From Candidatus Poribacteria bacterium (GTDB lineage: Bacteria > Poribacteria > WGA-4E > PCPOR2b): a stretch of DNA of 64,000 nucleotides. Below are positions 56,273 to 64,000 of this stretch, one piece after another. Made by a program: the position numbers and the translations under genes. Positions within the stretch are counted from its first letter, which is position 1, and each line of letters starts with the position of its first letter. The notes below the pieces were generated by a model. The model worked only from the letters and a program-made list of their open reading frames with translations, was not told the origin of the DNA and did not search any database. The stretch covers positions 2,978,777-3,042,776 of the forward strand of contig CBDCUX010000005.1 in NCBI GenBank assembly GCA_965222805.1, read 5' to 3'.

Positions 56273-57688
56273 TTGAACGCTGAAGAAAAATGTCTATTCA
56301 TTAACAGTCAGATTCCCAAAGGGGGGCTCTTCACCGGCGAAAAGAAGACCCTTCACCCCGATAGCAACGTAACGTGGCGGATTTCGCCGGAGCCATTTTG
56401 GATTCTCCAAGAACATTTGGACTGGCTTGAGGAACTTGGGCCGCATCTATTGCGGTTCTACAAAGCCTGTAACTTGCTCTACTCGCAGAGCGTACGCGGC
56501 ATTCAGCCGGATTGGGTCGCAGCGTATCTTGATCAGGGAAAGCCTGAGTCTATAATAGAGCTCGGACGGATGAATCGGTTCAAGAGTCAACTGCCGCAAG
56601 TGATTCGTCCTGACATCTTGCCGACCCCCGAAGGCTTTACCATCACCGAGTTGGATTCTGTCCCCGGCGGTATGGGATTTACGGGCAGTCTATCAGCGCA
56701 GTATGCCAAATTGGACTACGACATTATTGGCGGCAGCAACGGGATGCAACTCGCTTTTGCGGAGATGGTCAGGTCGCTGGCGAAGGTTGAACACCCGACG
56801 GTAGCGATCGTTGTGTCCGATGAATCTGCGGATTATTGGGACGAGATGAAGTGGTTAGAATCGGCACTGCGAGAGGTAGGATTGGCTGCTTACACCATCA
56901 AACCCCGCGACGTGATCTTTACGGAAGATGCGCTGTTCCTTGAGTCGGACGAAGGAAGGGTCCAAATCGATGTCCTCTACCGCTTCTTTGAACTCTTTGA
57001 TCTGAAAAATATTCCCAAAGCCGAATTGATGCTCTACGGTGCCAAAAGGCGAACCGTGGTGATGACCCCGCCGCCAAAGACATATCTTGAAGAAAAGCTG
57101 CTATTTGCCCTGTTTCACCACCCATCTCTCCAACCCTTCTGGCAAAGAGAACTCGGGAAGAAAACCTACCAATTCCTACCGAACGTTATCCCACAGACAT
57201 GGCTGCTCGATCCGCGTGAACTGCCACCACACGCAGTCATTCCGGACCTTGAGATCGATGGACTGCCGGTCACAAACTGGGGGCAAATCACCTCTGTCTC
57301 GCAACGCCAACGTAAACTAGTCCTTAAGCCATCGGGATTCTCCGAATTGGCGTGGGGAAGTCGTGGGGTTTCAATCGGGCATGACATGCCCACTGAAGAT
57401 TGGGAGGCGGCGGTGGAAAACGCACTTACCAGTTTTGGTCAAACCCCCTATGTCCTGCAAAAATTCCACAGAGCGGAACGCCTCACCATGACCTACTACG
57501 ACTTCGAGCGGAGTGAAGTTCAAAGAATGCCGGGGCGAGCGATAATTCGTCCCTACTACTTCGCGATGGGCGACAAGGTGCGTCTTGCTGGAATTCAAGC
57601 GACCGTCTGTCCCGAAGACAAAAAAGTGCTACACGGGATGGTCGATTCGATTATCGCGCCGTGCGCGGTCAAACCGGAGACATGGTAG
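56273..57688 (+). CDS. Hypothetical protein (471 aa)
   Basis: TTG start with AAGGAG RBS 8 nt upstream. No family-defining motif recognised. Confidence 0.45.
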   Translation: MNAEEKCLFINSQIPKGGLFTGEKKTLHPDSNVTWRISPEPFWILQEHLDWLEELGPHLLRFYKACNLLYSQSVRGIQPDWVAAYLDQGKPESIIELGRMNRFKSQLPQVIRPDILPTPEGFTITELDSVPGGMGFTGSLSAQYAKLDYDIIGGSNGMQLAFAEMVRSLAKVEHPTVAIVVSDESADYWDEMKWLESALREVGLAAYTIKPRDVIFTEDALFLESDEGRVQIDVLYRFFELFDLKNIPKAELMLYGAKRRTVVMTPPPKTYLEEKLLFALFHHPSLQPFWQRELGKKTYQFLPNVIPQTWLLDPRELPPHAVIPDLEIDGLPVTNWGQITSVSQRQRKLVLKPSGFSELAWGSRGVSIGHDMPTEDWEAAVENALTSFGQTPYVLQKFHRAERLTMTYYDFERSEVQRMPGRAIIRPYYFAMGDKVRLAGIQATVCPEDKKVLHGMVDSIIAPCAVKPETW

Positions 57689-57724
57689 ATGTGTCCGATT
57701 TTTTGTCAGCACTGCTGCTTTGCA

Positions 57725-58660
57725 TTACTCCCTGCGATAAGGTAAGGCAAGCGCGGCGGGTGGTCTGGCCTGTCCGACAAATCCAGCCAACACAAGAAGC
57801 GTCAAAACATAGGGGAGCATTAGGAAGAATTGGTAGGGGATAAATCCGAGGTCCGCGATTGCCTGTAGACGGTCGGGCAGGGCATTGGCAAGCCCAAATA
57901 GTAGCGCTGCGCCACACGCCTTGACCGGATGCCACTTCCCGAAGATGACGATCGAGAGCGCGATAAAGCCGCGTCCAGCGGTCATCTCCGTGCTGAAGAA
58001 CGGCACGTCCACTAACGAGAGATACCCACCAGCAAGTCCCGCCATGAACCCGCCGAAGAGAACGCATCTCGCCTGTAACTGGAGCACGCTGACACCGACC
58101 GTATCCGCCGCCTTTGGGTGTTCACCGCAGGCTTGGATGGCAAGACCTTGATGGGTGTGAAAGAGATAAAAATAGACGGCGGGAACAGCGAGAAATGCGA
58201 AGTAGACTAGAAGATTTTGCTGAAACAGGATAGGACCGATAAACGGAACAGTGGACAGCAGCGGGATATGGAGCGGCTGGAAGATTGCCACCTTCAGCGC
58301 GTCCCCGGTTGCACCAAAGATGCGCCGGTACAACACTTCGACGAGCCCGAATGCCAAGAGGTTAATACCGGTGCCCGTCACCACCTGATCGGTCTTTAAC
58401 CACAAGATTAAGGTCGCAAAGATACTGGCTAAGATTACGCCACTCAATCCACCGCACAGGATACCGAACCATGGAGCAAGCGCGGGACTCATGCCTTGGA
58501 TGTAAAAAGACCCGAGCCAGCCGGTAAACGCCCCCAGAATCATCATGCCTTCCAACCCGATATTGATGACCCCAGCACGTTCAGCGATAATCTCTCCGAG
58601 AGCGACAAGCAGAAGCGGGGTTGCGTAGCGAACTGTTGCTTCGAGAATGTGTTCAATCAT
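57725..58660 (-). CDS. ABC transporter permease (BPD_transp_2 / branched-chain-amino-acid or simple-sugar type inner membrane translocator)
   Basis: 311 aa, about 8-10 TM helices. Typical LVALGE.I.ER.GV.NIG.EG.M N-terminal block. Confidence 0.65.
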   Translation of the reverse strand: MIEHILEATVRYATPLLLVALGEIIAERAGVINIGLEGMMILGAFTGWLGSFYIQGMSPALAPWFGILCGGLSGVILASIFATLILWLKTDQVVTGTGINLLAFGLVEVLYRRIFGATGDALKVAIFQPLHIPLLSTVPFIGPILFQQNLLVYFAFLAVPAVYFYLFHTHQGLAIQACGEHPKAADTVGVSVLQLQARCVLFGGFMAGLAGGYLSLVDVPFFSTEMTAGRGFIALSIVIFGKWHPVKACGAALLFGLANALPDRLQAIADLGFIPYQFFLMLPYVLTLLVLAGFVGQARPPAALALPYRRE

Positions 58661-58693
58661 GTTGCGTGAAATGTCCGTTAAGGTCGGAGCAAA

Positions 58694-59935
58694 CTACAAT
58701 TTCGAGGAGAGTACTTCGTCGATTTCCTCCTGATATTCGTAAACCTCACAGTTCTCCACCTCGCTTATTTGTACGGCTCGCCCGGCTCTGGCTGACTCAA
58801 ATATCGCGTAGAGCACTGCCACATCCTTCAATCCGCAGACGCCATCCACCTCAATCTCCCGTCCGTTGAGGATAGACTCCCCCAGTTCGTAGTATTCAAG
58901 CGCGATGAGTTTCCAGTCCACCGCAGGATCCCCAACAGAAACGCCCGACGGAAAGAGATATTCCGCCAGCGGCTCTAGAGAGAATCCATCTATGGATGCC
59001 AGAATCTCCTCTTGGTTCATCACTTCCTGCGCTCTCCGCTGCATGCTGATCCTGCCACCGCGTGTCCCAAAGCCGTTGATGGTCCCCCCATCACCGAAGA
59101 TGAGTTCGCCGCCGCAACTGCCGTGCCCCGCAAGACCGACCAGCCAGTTGACGGTCGCCCCGTTCTGCATTTTGAACATCGCCAGCGAGGTGTCCTCTGC
59201 CGTCGCTGGAACTTCCGCTTCCATCGCCTGAAAACGGTTCTGGTAGAAGGTGTAGGTGTCACCGATGCTTTTGGGCTTTCTCCTTACCGGTTCGACCAAC
59301 CGCACATCCCCGTAGACTTCTGCTATATCACCAAGTTGATACCGGATCATGTGGGTGAAGTGAACCGCCATGTCGAGGAGTGCTCCGCCGCGTTCTTTAA
59401 GGTGCCGCCAAGGTGTGATGAAGATTCCATCGCCCGGACTTAGCGCATGGAACAGCGCCATATAAGGTGTTCCTATCGCGCCTGTCTCCAACAGATAGTG
59501 GACGATTCGAGCGGAGGGATCTCGTCGGAAGTTCTCCGCCACCGACAGATGACGGTTGTTCCGTGCTGCGGCTTCGATCATTTGTCGGCACGCCTTTACG
59601 GTGATTGCCATCGGCTTTTCTACCATCACATGGAGCCCTAGGTCTAGTGCCTGACACACGACATCGTGATGCACCGACGGATCTGTCACCACGTCTACGG
59701 CGGCAAGGTCGGGTATGGCACGCGCCATCTCCTCCAAGTCGGTGAAAATTTCTGGGCGGATACCTATCAGTTTCTCCGCTTCTAGGGCGGCAAGCTCGGC
59801 ATTCTCCCGGCGAATGTCACACACAGCACAGAGTTCCACGTTGGAGAAAGGACTCTGCACCAACTCCCGCAAACCGTACAGGTGCCGCGTCCCCATCCCG
59901 CCGCAGCCGACCAGCCCAAGTCTAATTTTGTCCAT
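58694..59935 (-). CDS. Gfo/Idh/MocA family oxidoreductase
   Basis: IRLGLVGCGGMG Rossmann N-terminus. Start ATG 59935 with GGAGGA RBS. The 61-aa Arg/Gly-rich upstream extension in the track ORF is rejected. Confidence 0.7.
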   Translation of the reverse strand: MDKIRLGLVGCGGMGTRHLYGLRELVQSPFSNVELCAVCDIRRENAELAALEAEKLIGIRPEIFTDLEEMARAIPDLAAVDVVTDPSVHHDVVCQALDLGLHVMVEKPMAITVKACRQMIEAAARNNRHLSVAENFRRDPSARIVHYLLETGAIGTPYMALFHALSPGDGIFITPWRHLKERGGALLDMAVHFTHMIRYQLGDIAEVYGDVRLVEPVRRKPKSIGDTYTFYQNRFQAMEAEVPATAEDTSLAMFKMQNGATVNWLVGLAGHGSCGGELIFGDGGTINGFGTRGGRISMQRRAQEVMNQEEILASIDGFSLEPLAEYLFPSGVSVGDPAVDWKLIALEYYELGESILNGREIEVDGVCGLKDVAVLYAIFESARAGRAVQISEVENCEVYEYQEEIDEVLSSKL

Positions 59936-59949
59936 GTCTCCTCCGCGAT

Positions 59950-60471
59950 CTACGAGGTATAATTTCCCATATCCGGCTCGATGGCTAGTCCTTGCTCCAG
60001 ATCGAAATCGACTTCGACCGAATGGGCGTGATAGTCCTGATCGCCACGAACCGTTTGATAGACATCGCCCCCCTCCACGCAGATAGGCATGGTATGCCAG
60101 ACCTTGAGACCCAAACATACCCCCACGCTTCCGTCCGAATAGAAGGCGCGTACATCTTCAGCCTCTAGGGTGTCCTTGATAGGACCTACCAGAAACACTG
60201 TTGGTTGGTGCAGGCTTGGATAGAACGCCTGACCCGCGTCGGTATGAAAGGCGAAGTGCGCCCGTTGTAGCCCTTCAGAAAGCGGCGTTTTTTCGGGTTC
60301 GGAGCCTGCTGGCGCCTCAGAAAGATCTGCGGTCACGGGATACGCAGCTGAACGGAGTCCCCCTTTTGCTATCTCTGGTTCGGCTTCCTCAAACGATTCA
60401 ATGACTTCCCCGAATGGCGCGAAGGCTTCGGGGGTCAGCGGCTCAACTTCGACTTTGAAGCTTTTCCACAT
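59950..60471 (-). CDS. Ureidoglycolate lyase (AllA)-like cupin protein
   Basis: LTPEAFAPFGEVIE .. RAFYSDGSVGVCLGLKVWHTMP resembles AllA-family blocks (LS.EAF..YG.VIE, RAF...G..V.YH...WHH). Start ATG 60471 with GAGGAGGG RBS. Confidence 0.55.
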   Translation of the reverse strand: MWKSFKVEVEPLTPEAFAPFGEVIESFEEAEPEIAKGGLRSAAYPVTADLSEAPAGSEPEKTPLSEGLQRAHFAFHTDAGQAFYPSLHQPTVFLVGPIKDTLEAEDVRAFYSDGSVGVCLGLKVWHTMPICVEGGDVYQTVRGDQDYHAHSVEVDFDLEQGLAIEPDMGNYTS

Positions 60472-60523
60472 GGTTCTAACCCTCCTCAAATCATTAGCTG
60501 TTGATTATTGAAAATGGTAGGTA

Positions 60524-60548
60524 AGGAACAACGATCGTTGTTCCCTAC
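60524..60548. repeat. REP-like palindrome GGAACAACGATCGTTGTTCC-CTAC
   Basis: Perfect 20-bp palindrome identical to 24982-25001. Confidence 0.65.
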
Positions 60549-60556
60549 TGCCCTTG

Positions 60557-61564
60557 CTATAGCCGCATTGTTGGTGGTAAGCCAAATTCCTCGGCGATGT
60601 GGTTAAGTCGCTCGATATCTGTGGAGCTGATAGGCGCGCCATCGCGTTTGTATTCCTGTTCCCTGCGCGATTCGGGGGTTCCGGGCAGCGTCGCCTCATC
60701 ATAGCCCCGTAACGGTGCCATAGTCTCCCGGACTCCGCGCACCAAGTTATCGACTCCGGCGCGAAATTCTTCTGGATCGGCGAATAGCCCTATATCCATA
60801 ACCACAATCATACCGCCGGCTTGTCCGCGGGGCCATTTCTCTTTTACCGCTTTCGCCCGTGCACTGTCCGCGCCAACAAAGGGGCCACCGAGCCCTCTAG
60901 CGACACCGGTGTATCCCATAGATTTGAAGAAGGCAGCTGGAATCATTTCCTGCAAGGCATCAAATTCTTCACCGCGCTGGTAGTCGGCGAGGATGCAGGT
61001 TGCCATATCGGGGATAAGCGGGGGTTCGTCCCCACCGGGCAAGCCGAAGCAGAGTGGGGGATTGCCCCAATAGGCGGAAGGGGGGCGGTTGTTTGGATCT
61101 GGGGGACCAAATTCACTTGAACCGCCCTGAACGGAAAAGGCGGTACACCCATCCTGCATCGCTCGACGGACGTAGTGCCCTGCCGAACCGTAGTGGCCGA
61201 TGTGACAGGTCGCACCGACAGCCACGCCGCTCGCCTTCGCCTTGGTGATAGCACTTTCGGTCGCCATCATCATAGGCGCGTAGCCCAATCCGCCATCGCC
61301 GTCGATCAGGATAGCGGTAGCGGTTTCTTTGAGGACTTGACAATTGGGGTTGGGATTAATCAGTTTGTCTCGCAAACTCTCACAATAACCGGGGACCTGT
61401 CGGAGACCGTGGGAATGTATCCCTCGCAGGTCGGAGTTGGTCAATAACTGGGCGAGTTGCTCCGCGTGATCCCCGCGTAAACCTGCAGCTTTGAAACAGG
61501 CTCCAGCGAAGTCACGGAGCTGCGCTTCTGAAATACGTTTGGATTCTTGGGGTGGACGGTTCAT
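60557..61564 (-). CDS. Ldh_2-family oxidoreductase (malate/L-lactate/ureidoglycolate/sulfolactate dehydrogenase type 2)
   Basis: 335 aa. Conserved RGIHSHG block and overall Ldh_2 pattern. GGAGG RBS. Confidence 0.65.
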   Translation of the reverse strand: MNRPPQESKRISEAQLRDFAGACFKAAGLRGDHAEQLAQLLTNSDLRGIHSHGLRQVPGYCESLRDKLINPNPNCQVLKETATAILIDGDGGLGYAPMMMATESAITKAKASGVAVGATCHIGHYGSAGHYVRRAMQDGCTAFSVQGGSSEFGPPDPNNRPPSAYWGNPPLCFGLPGGDEPPLIPDMATCILADYQRGEEFDALQEMIPAAFFKSMGYTGVARGLGGPFVGADSARAKAVKEKWPRGQAGGMIVVMDIGLFADPEEFRAGVDNLVRGVRETMAPLRGYDEATLPGTPESRREQEYKRDGAPISSTDIERLNHIAEEFGLPPTMRL

Positions 61565-61575
61565 TACATATCCTC

Positions 61576-62745
61576 CTATCCCTCTTGCTCTTTCTCGTTT
61601 AGTATTTTCATAACTTGATGGTGCCCCATGCCCTGACTTTTCAGTTCGGCATAGGCTTTTTCGTCAATGGCGTCACGCTTGAGAAAGCCGCGGATATCGT
61701 AGCGACCTGGCTCTTCCACCGGCAGCTTCCCCTCATCTACCATCAACTCCAAGGGATGGCCCTCTTCCTGCAGGGGAAGGTTGACAACACGGTGCTGTCG
61801 AGCGGATTCGTAAAGCGCCATCATGATCTCCACAGTCGCGCGCGCTTTTTTGCCGGTGCCACGGTGTTCGGGACCGCCTTCGATCCAAGCGATAAGTTCA
61901 CGTACCTGTGCGGCGTTGGTCTGCCCACCGATTGCTTGAATCTCTTCTGCTTCTACGCGGAGGGGAACCTGTTCCCACCCATCGGAATTGGCGTTAAATA
62001 ATTTAACTTGGGCTTCGCTGACATCGAGCATACCCTCCGTGCCTCGGATGAGAAAGCCTCCCGCTGCTGCGCCCTCCGTGTACAGGTCCGACTGTATAAA
62101 GAGCTGCAGTCCACCTTCCATCTGCACCAGCGCCATGCAGCTGTCTTCGATCGGCGTATCCCTCTCATACCGATCTGTTCCTCGCTCTACCGCGCCCATC
62201 ACCCAGAGTGATTGCGGATCTCCCAAGACGAAGCGCGAGCCGTCGATCGCATGCGTGCCACAATTGAGCAATCCCTGCACGATCTTGCAGTTCACCCAGA
62301 GCGGATCGCCGATAGCCTTCTGTTGAATCAACTCACGCGCCTTCTCCCAACCGGGCGTAAAGCGTCGCTGATGGCTGATTATCAACTTAGTGCCGCTCGC
62401 GTCGCAGGCATCGACCATGCTGTTTGCTGCGCCTAAGCTGGTCGCCATCGGTTTTTCGCAGATCACGGCTTTGACACCGGCTTGCGCCGCTGCGATGGTC
62501 GGTGCTGGGTGCAGCGGATGCCAGGTGCACACACTGACGATGTCCGGCTGCGCTTTTTCTAGCATCTCTTCAACAGTGGGATAGCCCTGCGGAATGTCAT
62601 ACTTCTCCATATATTCCTCGCGGGCAACTAACAGTGGATCAGCGACTGCCACCACCTCCACATTGTCATTCAAACTATAGCCAGCCATGTGAGCATTGCC
62701 GATAGATCCACAGCCGACAATTGCTGCGGTATATTTTTTGGACAT
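61576..62745 (-). CDS. Gfo/Idh/MocA family oxidoreductase
   Basis: AAIVGCGSIGNAH Rossmann N-terminus. 389 aa. Confidence 0.7.
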   Translation of the reverse strand: MSKKYTAAIVGCGSIGNAHMAGYSLNDNVEVVAVADPLLVAREEYMEKYDIPQGYPTVEEMLEKAQPDIVSVCTWHPLHPAPTIAAAQAGVKAVICEKPMATSLGAANSMVDACDASGTKLIISHQRRFTPGWEKARELIQQKAIGDPLWVNCKIVQGLLNCGTHAIDGSRFVLGDPQSLWVMGAVERGTDRYERDTPIEDSCMALVQMEGGLQLFIQSDLYTEGAAAGGFLIRGTEGMLDVSEAQVKLFNANSDGWEQVPLRVEAEEIQAIGGQTNAAQVRELIAWIEGGPEHRGTGKKARATVEIMMALYESARQHRVVNLPLQEEGHPLELMVDEGKLPVEEPGRYDIRGFLKRDAIDEKAYAELKSQGMGHHQVMKILNEKEQEG

Positions 62746-62795
62746 CTATTGTTTCCTTTCTTTTTAGGGTGAGCACATCCGCTAATCTACGCTAA

Positions 62796-63548
62796 TTATG
62801 ATTCGCGGGAACACCTCGGTAGTTTCCGCATTAACCGTTTCTCACGTTCCGAAAGCCCTCTCCAGACATATTCAGGAATCGGGTTCTGTTCTCGGTGTTC
62901 TCGCTGCATCCAACCGCGGAGACAGGCAAATACCGCAACGGGACGTGGCGTGTCTGTGCGATTCGGTGTCCCTCGATGCAGACAGCGTGGGTCTCGGATG
63001 AGGACATCGCCAGCGTTCATCAACAGCGGTTCAAGCGGGATTTCACCATCTTCAATCCGACGCAACGCCTCCGTTTTTGGAAACAGATGTGTTCCGCGTG
63101 CAACTTCAAAGGGTCCGTGCGCCGGCGTGACATCAATAAACGGGAAGTTCACAGCAAGGATTGCGGGCGGATGTTGTAAATCGGGGTTTTCAGGGAAGAG
63201 GAGACCAACATCGCCGTGGATTTCTTGATACACCGAACCCTTGAGCGGTGTGTCGCTGGCATACTGGTCAATCACGAAATCCTCCCCTAGCACTTGGCTT
63301 GCGATGGCGATGATTGTATCGTCATCGAAGAAGCAGGGGTTATACAACGGCGGCTCGAAAGACAGTGTGATATAATGCCTCGACGGTCCGCGGTTCGGGT
63401 TGTCGGCATGTTCGGCGACATAATCACGCAGGATTGGTGCAAACGCTTCGTTGCAAGCCTCAATAGCAGATATAGGAAACCGATCTTGCAGAATGCAGAA
63501 ACCGTCTACCAGAATTTGCTCCACCTTTTCCTGAATATCCACCGACAT
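62796..63548 (-). CDS. Phytanoyl-CoA dioxygenase (PhyH)-like 2OG-Fe(II) oxygenase
   Basis: Start ATG 63548 (AAGGAG RBS). H..D iron motif region (YQEIHGDVG) and C-terminal RCLHRGTPN. Confidence 0.6.
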   Translation of the reverse strand: MSVDIQEKVEQILVDGFCILQDRFPISAIEACNEAFAPILRDYVAEHADNPNRGPSRHYITLSFEPPLYNPCFFDDDTIIAIASQVLGEDFVIDQYASDTPLKGSVYQEIHGDVGLLFPENPDLQHPPAILAVNFPFIDVTPAHGPFEVARGTHLFPKTEALRRIEDGEIPLEPLLMNAGDVLIRDPRCLHRGTPNRTDTPRPVAVFACLRGWMQREHREQNPIPEYVWRGLSEREKRLMRKLPRCSRES

Positions 63549-63579
63549 TGTGTGATTCTCCTTGTTCTCTGTCGTGCCC

Positions 63580-64000
63580 TCAGATCTGTGTCCGCCCTTG
63601 ATAGATGAGGGGATGAACGATCCCAATCTCCTCTATGGCAGCGTTGAGGTCGTCCGGAAGTGTTCCGCGGAGTGCAGCAGACAGATTCAATTCGACCTCT
63701 CGGAGATTACTGAAACCGACGACGATGGATTGTTGCCGTTTTTCTGAAAGCATCCAACGGATGCAGAGATCTGCCATAGGAATGCCAGCCTCCGCATGGA
63801 TATCAAGGAACCTGAAATAGGACGCCTTGAAAGTTTCGTCCATCCAATCGGGAGGACTCTCGCGCCACGCCTTTTGGGGAACGGCAAGCCAGCCTTTCAT
63901 CAGTGGCGCACCAATCACAACACCCACCCGCAGGTCCTGAGCGGTCGGAAACAGGAACTCAACGGCATTCCTAAAGACCGGGTTGAACTGATGCGCTGCC
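63580..64000 (-). CDS. Aldo/keto reductase, C-terminal part (gene starts beyond window end)
   Basis: The frame is open through the window end. The C-terminal FSNLREVELNLSAA..GTLPDDL matches the AKR tail (..EQLEENL.A....L..E). Confidence 0.55.
   Translation of the reverse strand, partial: AAHQFNPVFRNAVEFLFPTAQDLRVGVVIGAPLMKGWLAVPQKAWRESPPDWMDETFKASYFRFLDIHAEAGIPMADLCIRWMLSEKRQQSIVVGFSNLREVELNLSAALRGTLPDDLNAAIEEIGIVHPLIYQGRTQI

Noticed and set aside
57669-58067. ORF 57669-58067 minus (132 aa)
   Set aside because: Overlaps the ABC permease in another frame and the 3' end of the convergent 56273 gene. Arg/Cys-rich and implausible.
1-64000. tRNA, rRNA or tmRNA genes
   Set aside because: No cloverleaf-compatible sequence with a GTTCGAATCC-type T-arm, and no rRNA-like conserved blocks, seen on manual inspection of the intergenic regions. 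A tRNAscan/Infernal run would be needed for certainty.

Overview
This is a roughly 55% GC bacterial contig, dense with protein-coding genes on both strands. There are about 60 supportable CDS, no rRNA or tRNA that I could recognise by eye, and no CRISPR array.

Gene content:
- Sugar-acid and sialic-acid-like catabolism: uxuA, a ManD/RspA-like enolase, two BNR/sialidase-like proteins, a beta-propeller glycoside hydrolase, a gluconolactonase and a SelA/DgaE-like PLP enzyme.
- Many oxidoreductases: three PhyH-family dioxygenases, three Gfo/Idh/MocA, SDR epimerases, MDR alcohol dehydrogenases and an Ldh_2-family dehydrogenase.
- Core metabolism: leuA, aroG, gdh and a MetE-like gene.
- Large secreted repeat proteins with a eukaryote-like flavour: three tandem WD40 beta-propeller paralogs (one with dockerin repeats and a T9SS C-terminal sorting domain), two FG-GAP/ASPIC (CRTAC1-like) proteins, a tricorn-protease homolog and a TPR multiheme cytochrome c.

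The non-coding space is the most unusual part. It holds at least four families of short interspersed repeats:
- (A) 130-260 bp MITE-like elements with imperfect terminal inverted repeats TTATGGTAGAT...TAGTTCACCATAA, four copies.
- (B) a related MITE with terminal inverted repeats GGACTTACGCA, two copies.
- (C) tandem arrays of roughly 55-bp hairpin units with compensatory stem changes, two arrays.
- (D) numerous REP-like palindromes that all end in CCTAC (GTAG on the other strand), at least 15 copies, several in inverted pairs.

Other notable features:
- One intact IS5-family insertion sequence (27469-28362) sits immediately upstream of the WD40 array.
- The left edge (1-1500) is a compositionally distinct (AT-rich) block: a truncated unknown ORF, a DUF433 antitoxin-like gene, a hairpin array and a tyrosine-recombinase N-terminal fragment. 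It looks like the border of a decayed mobile or defence islet.
- A roughly 700 bp ORF-free, lower-GC gap at 35200-35900 contains stable hairpins and may encode a structured RNA.
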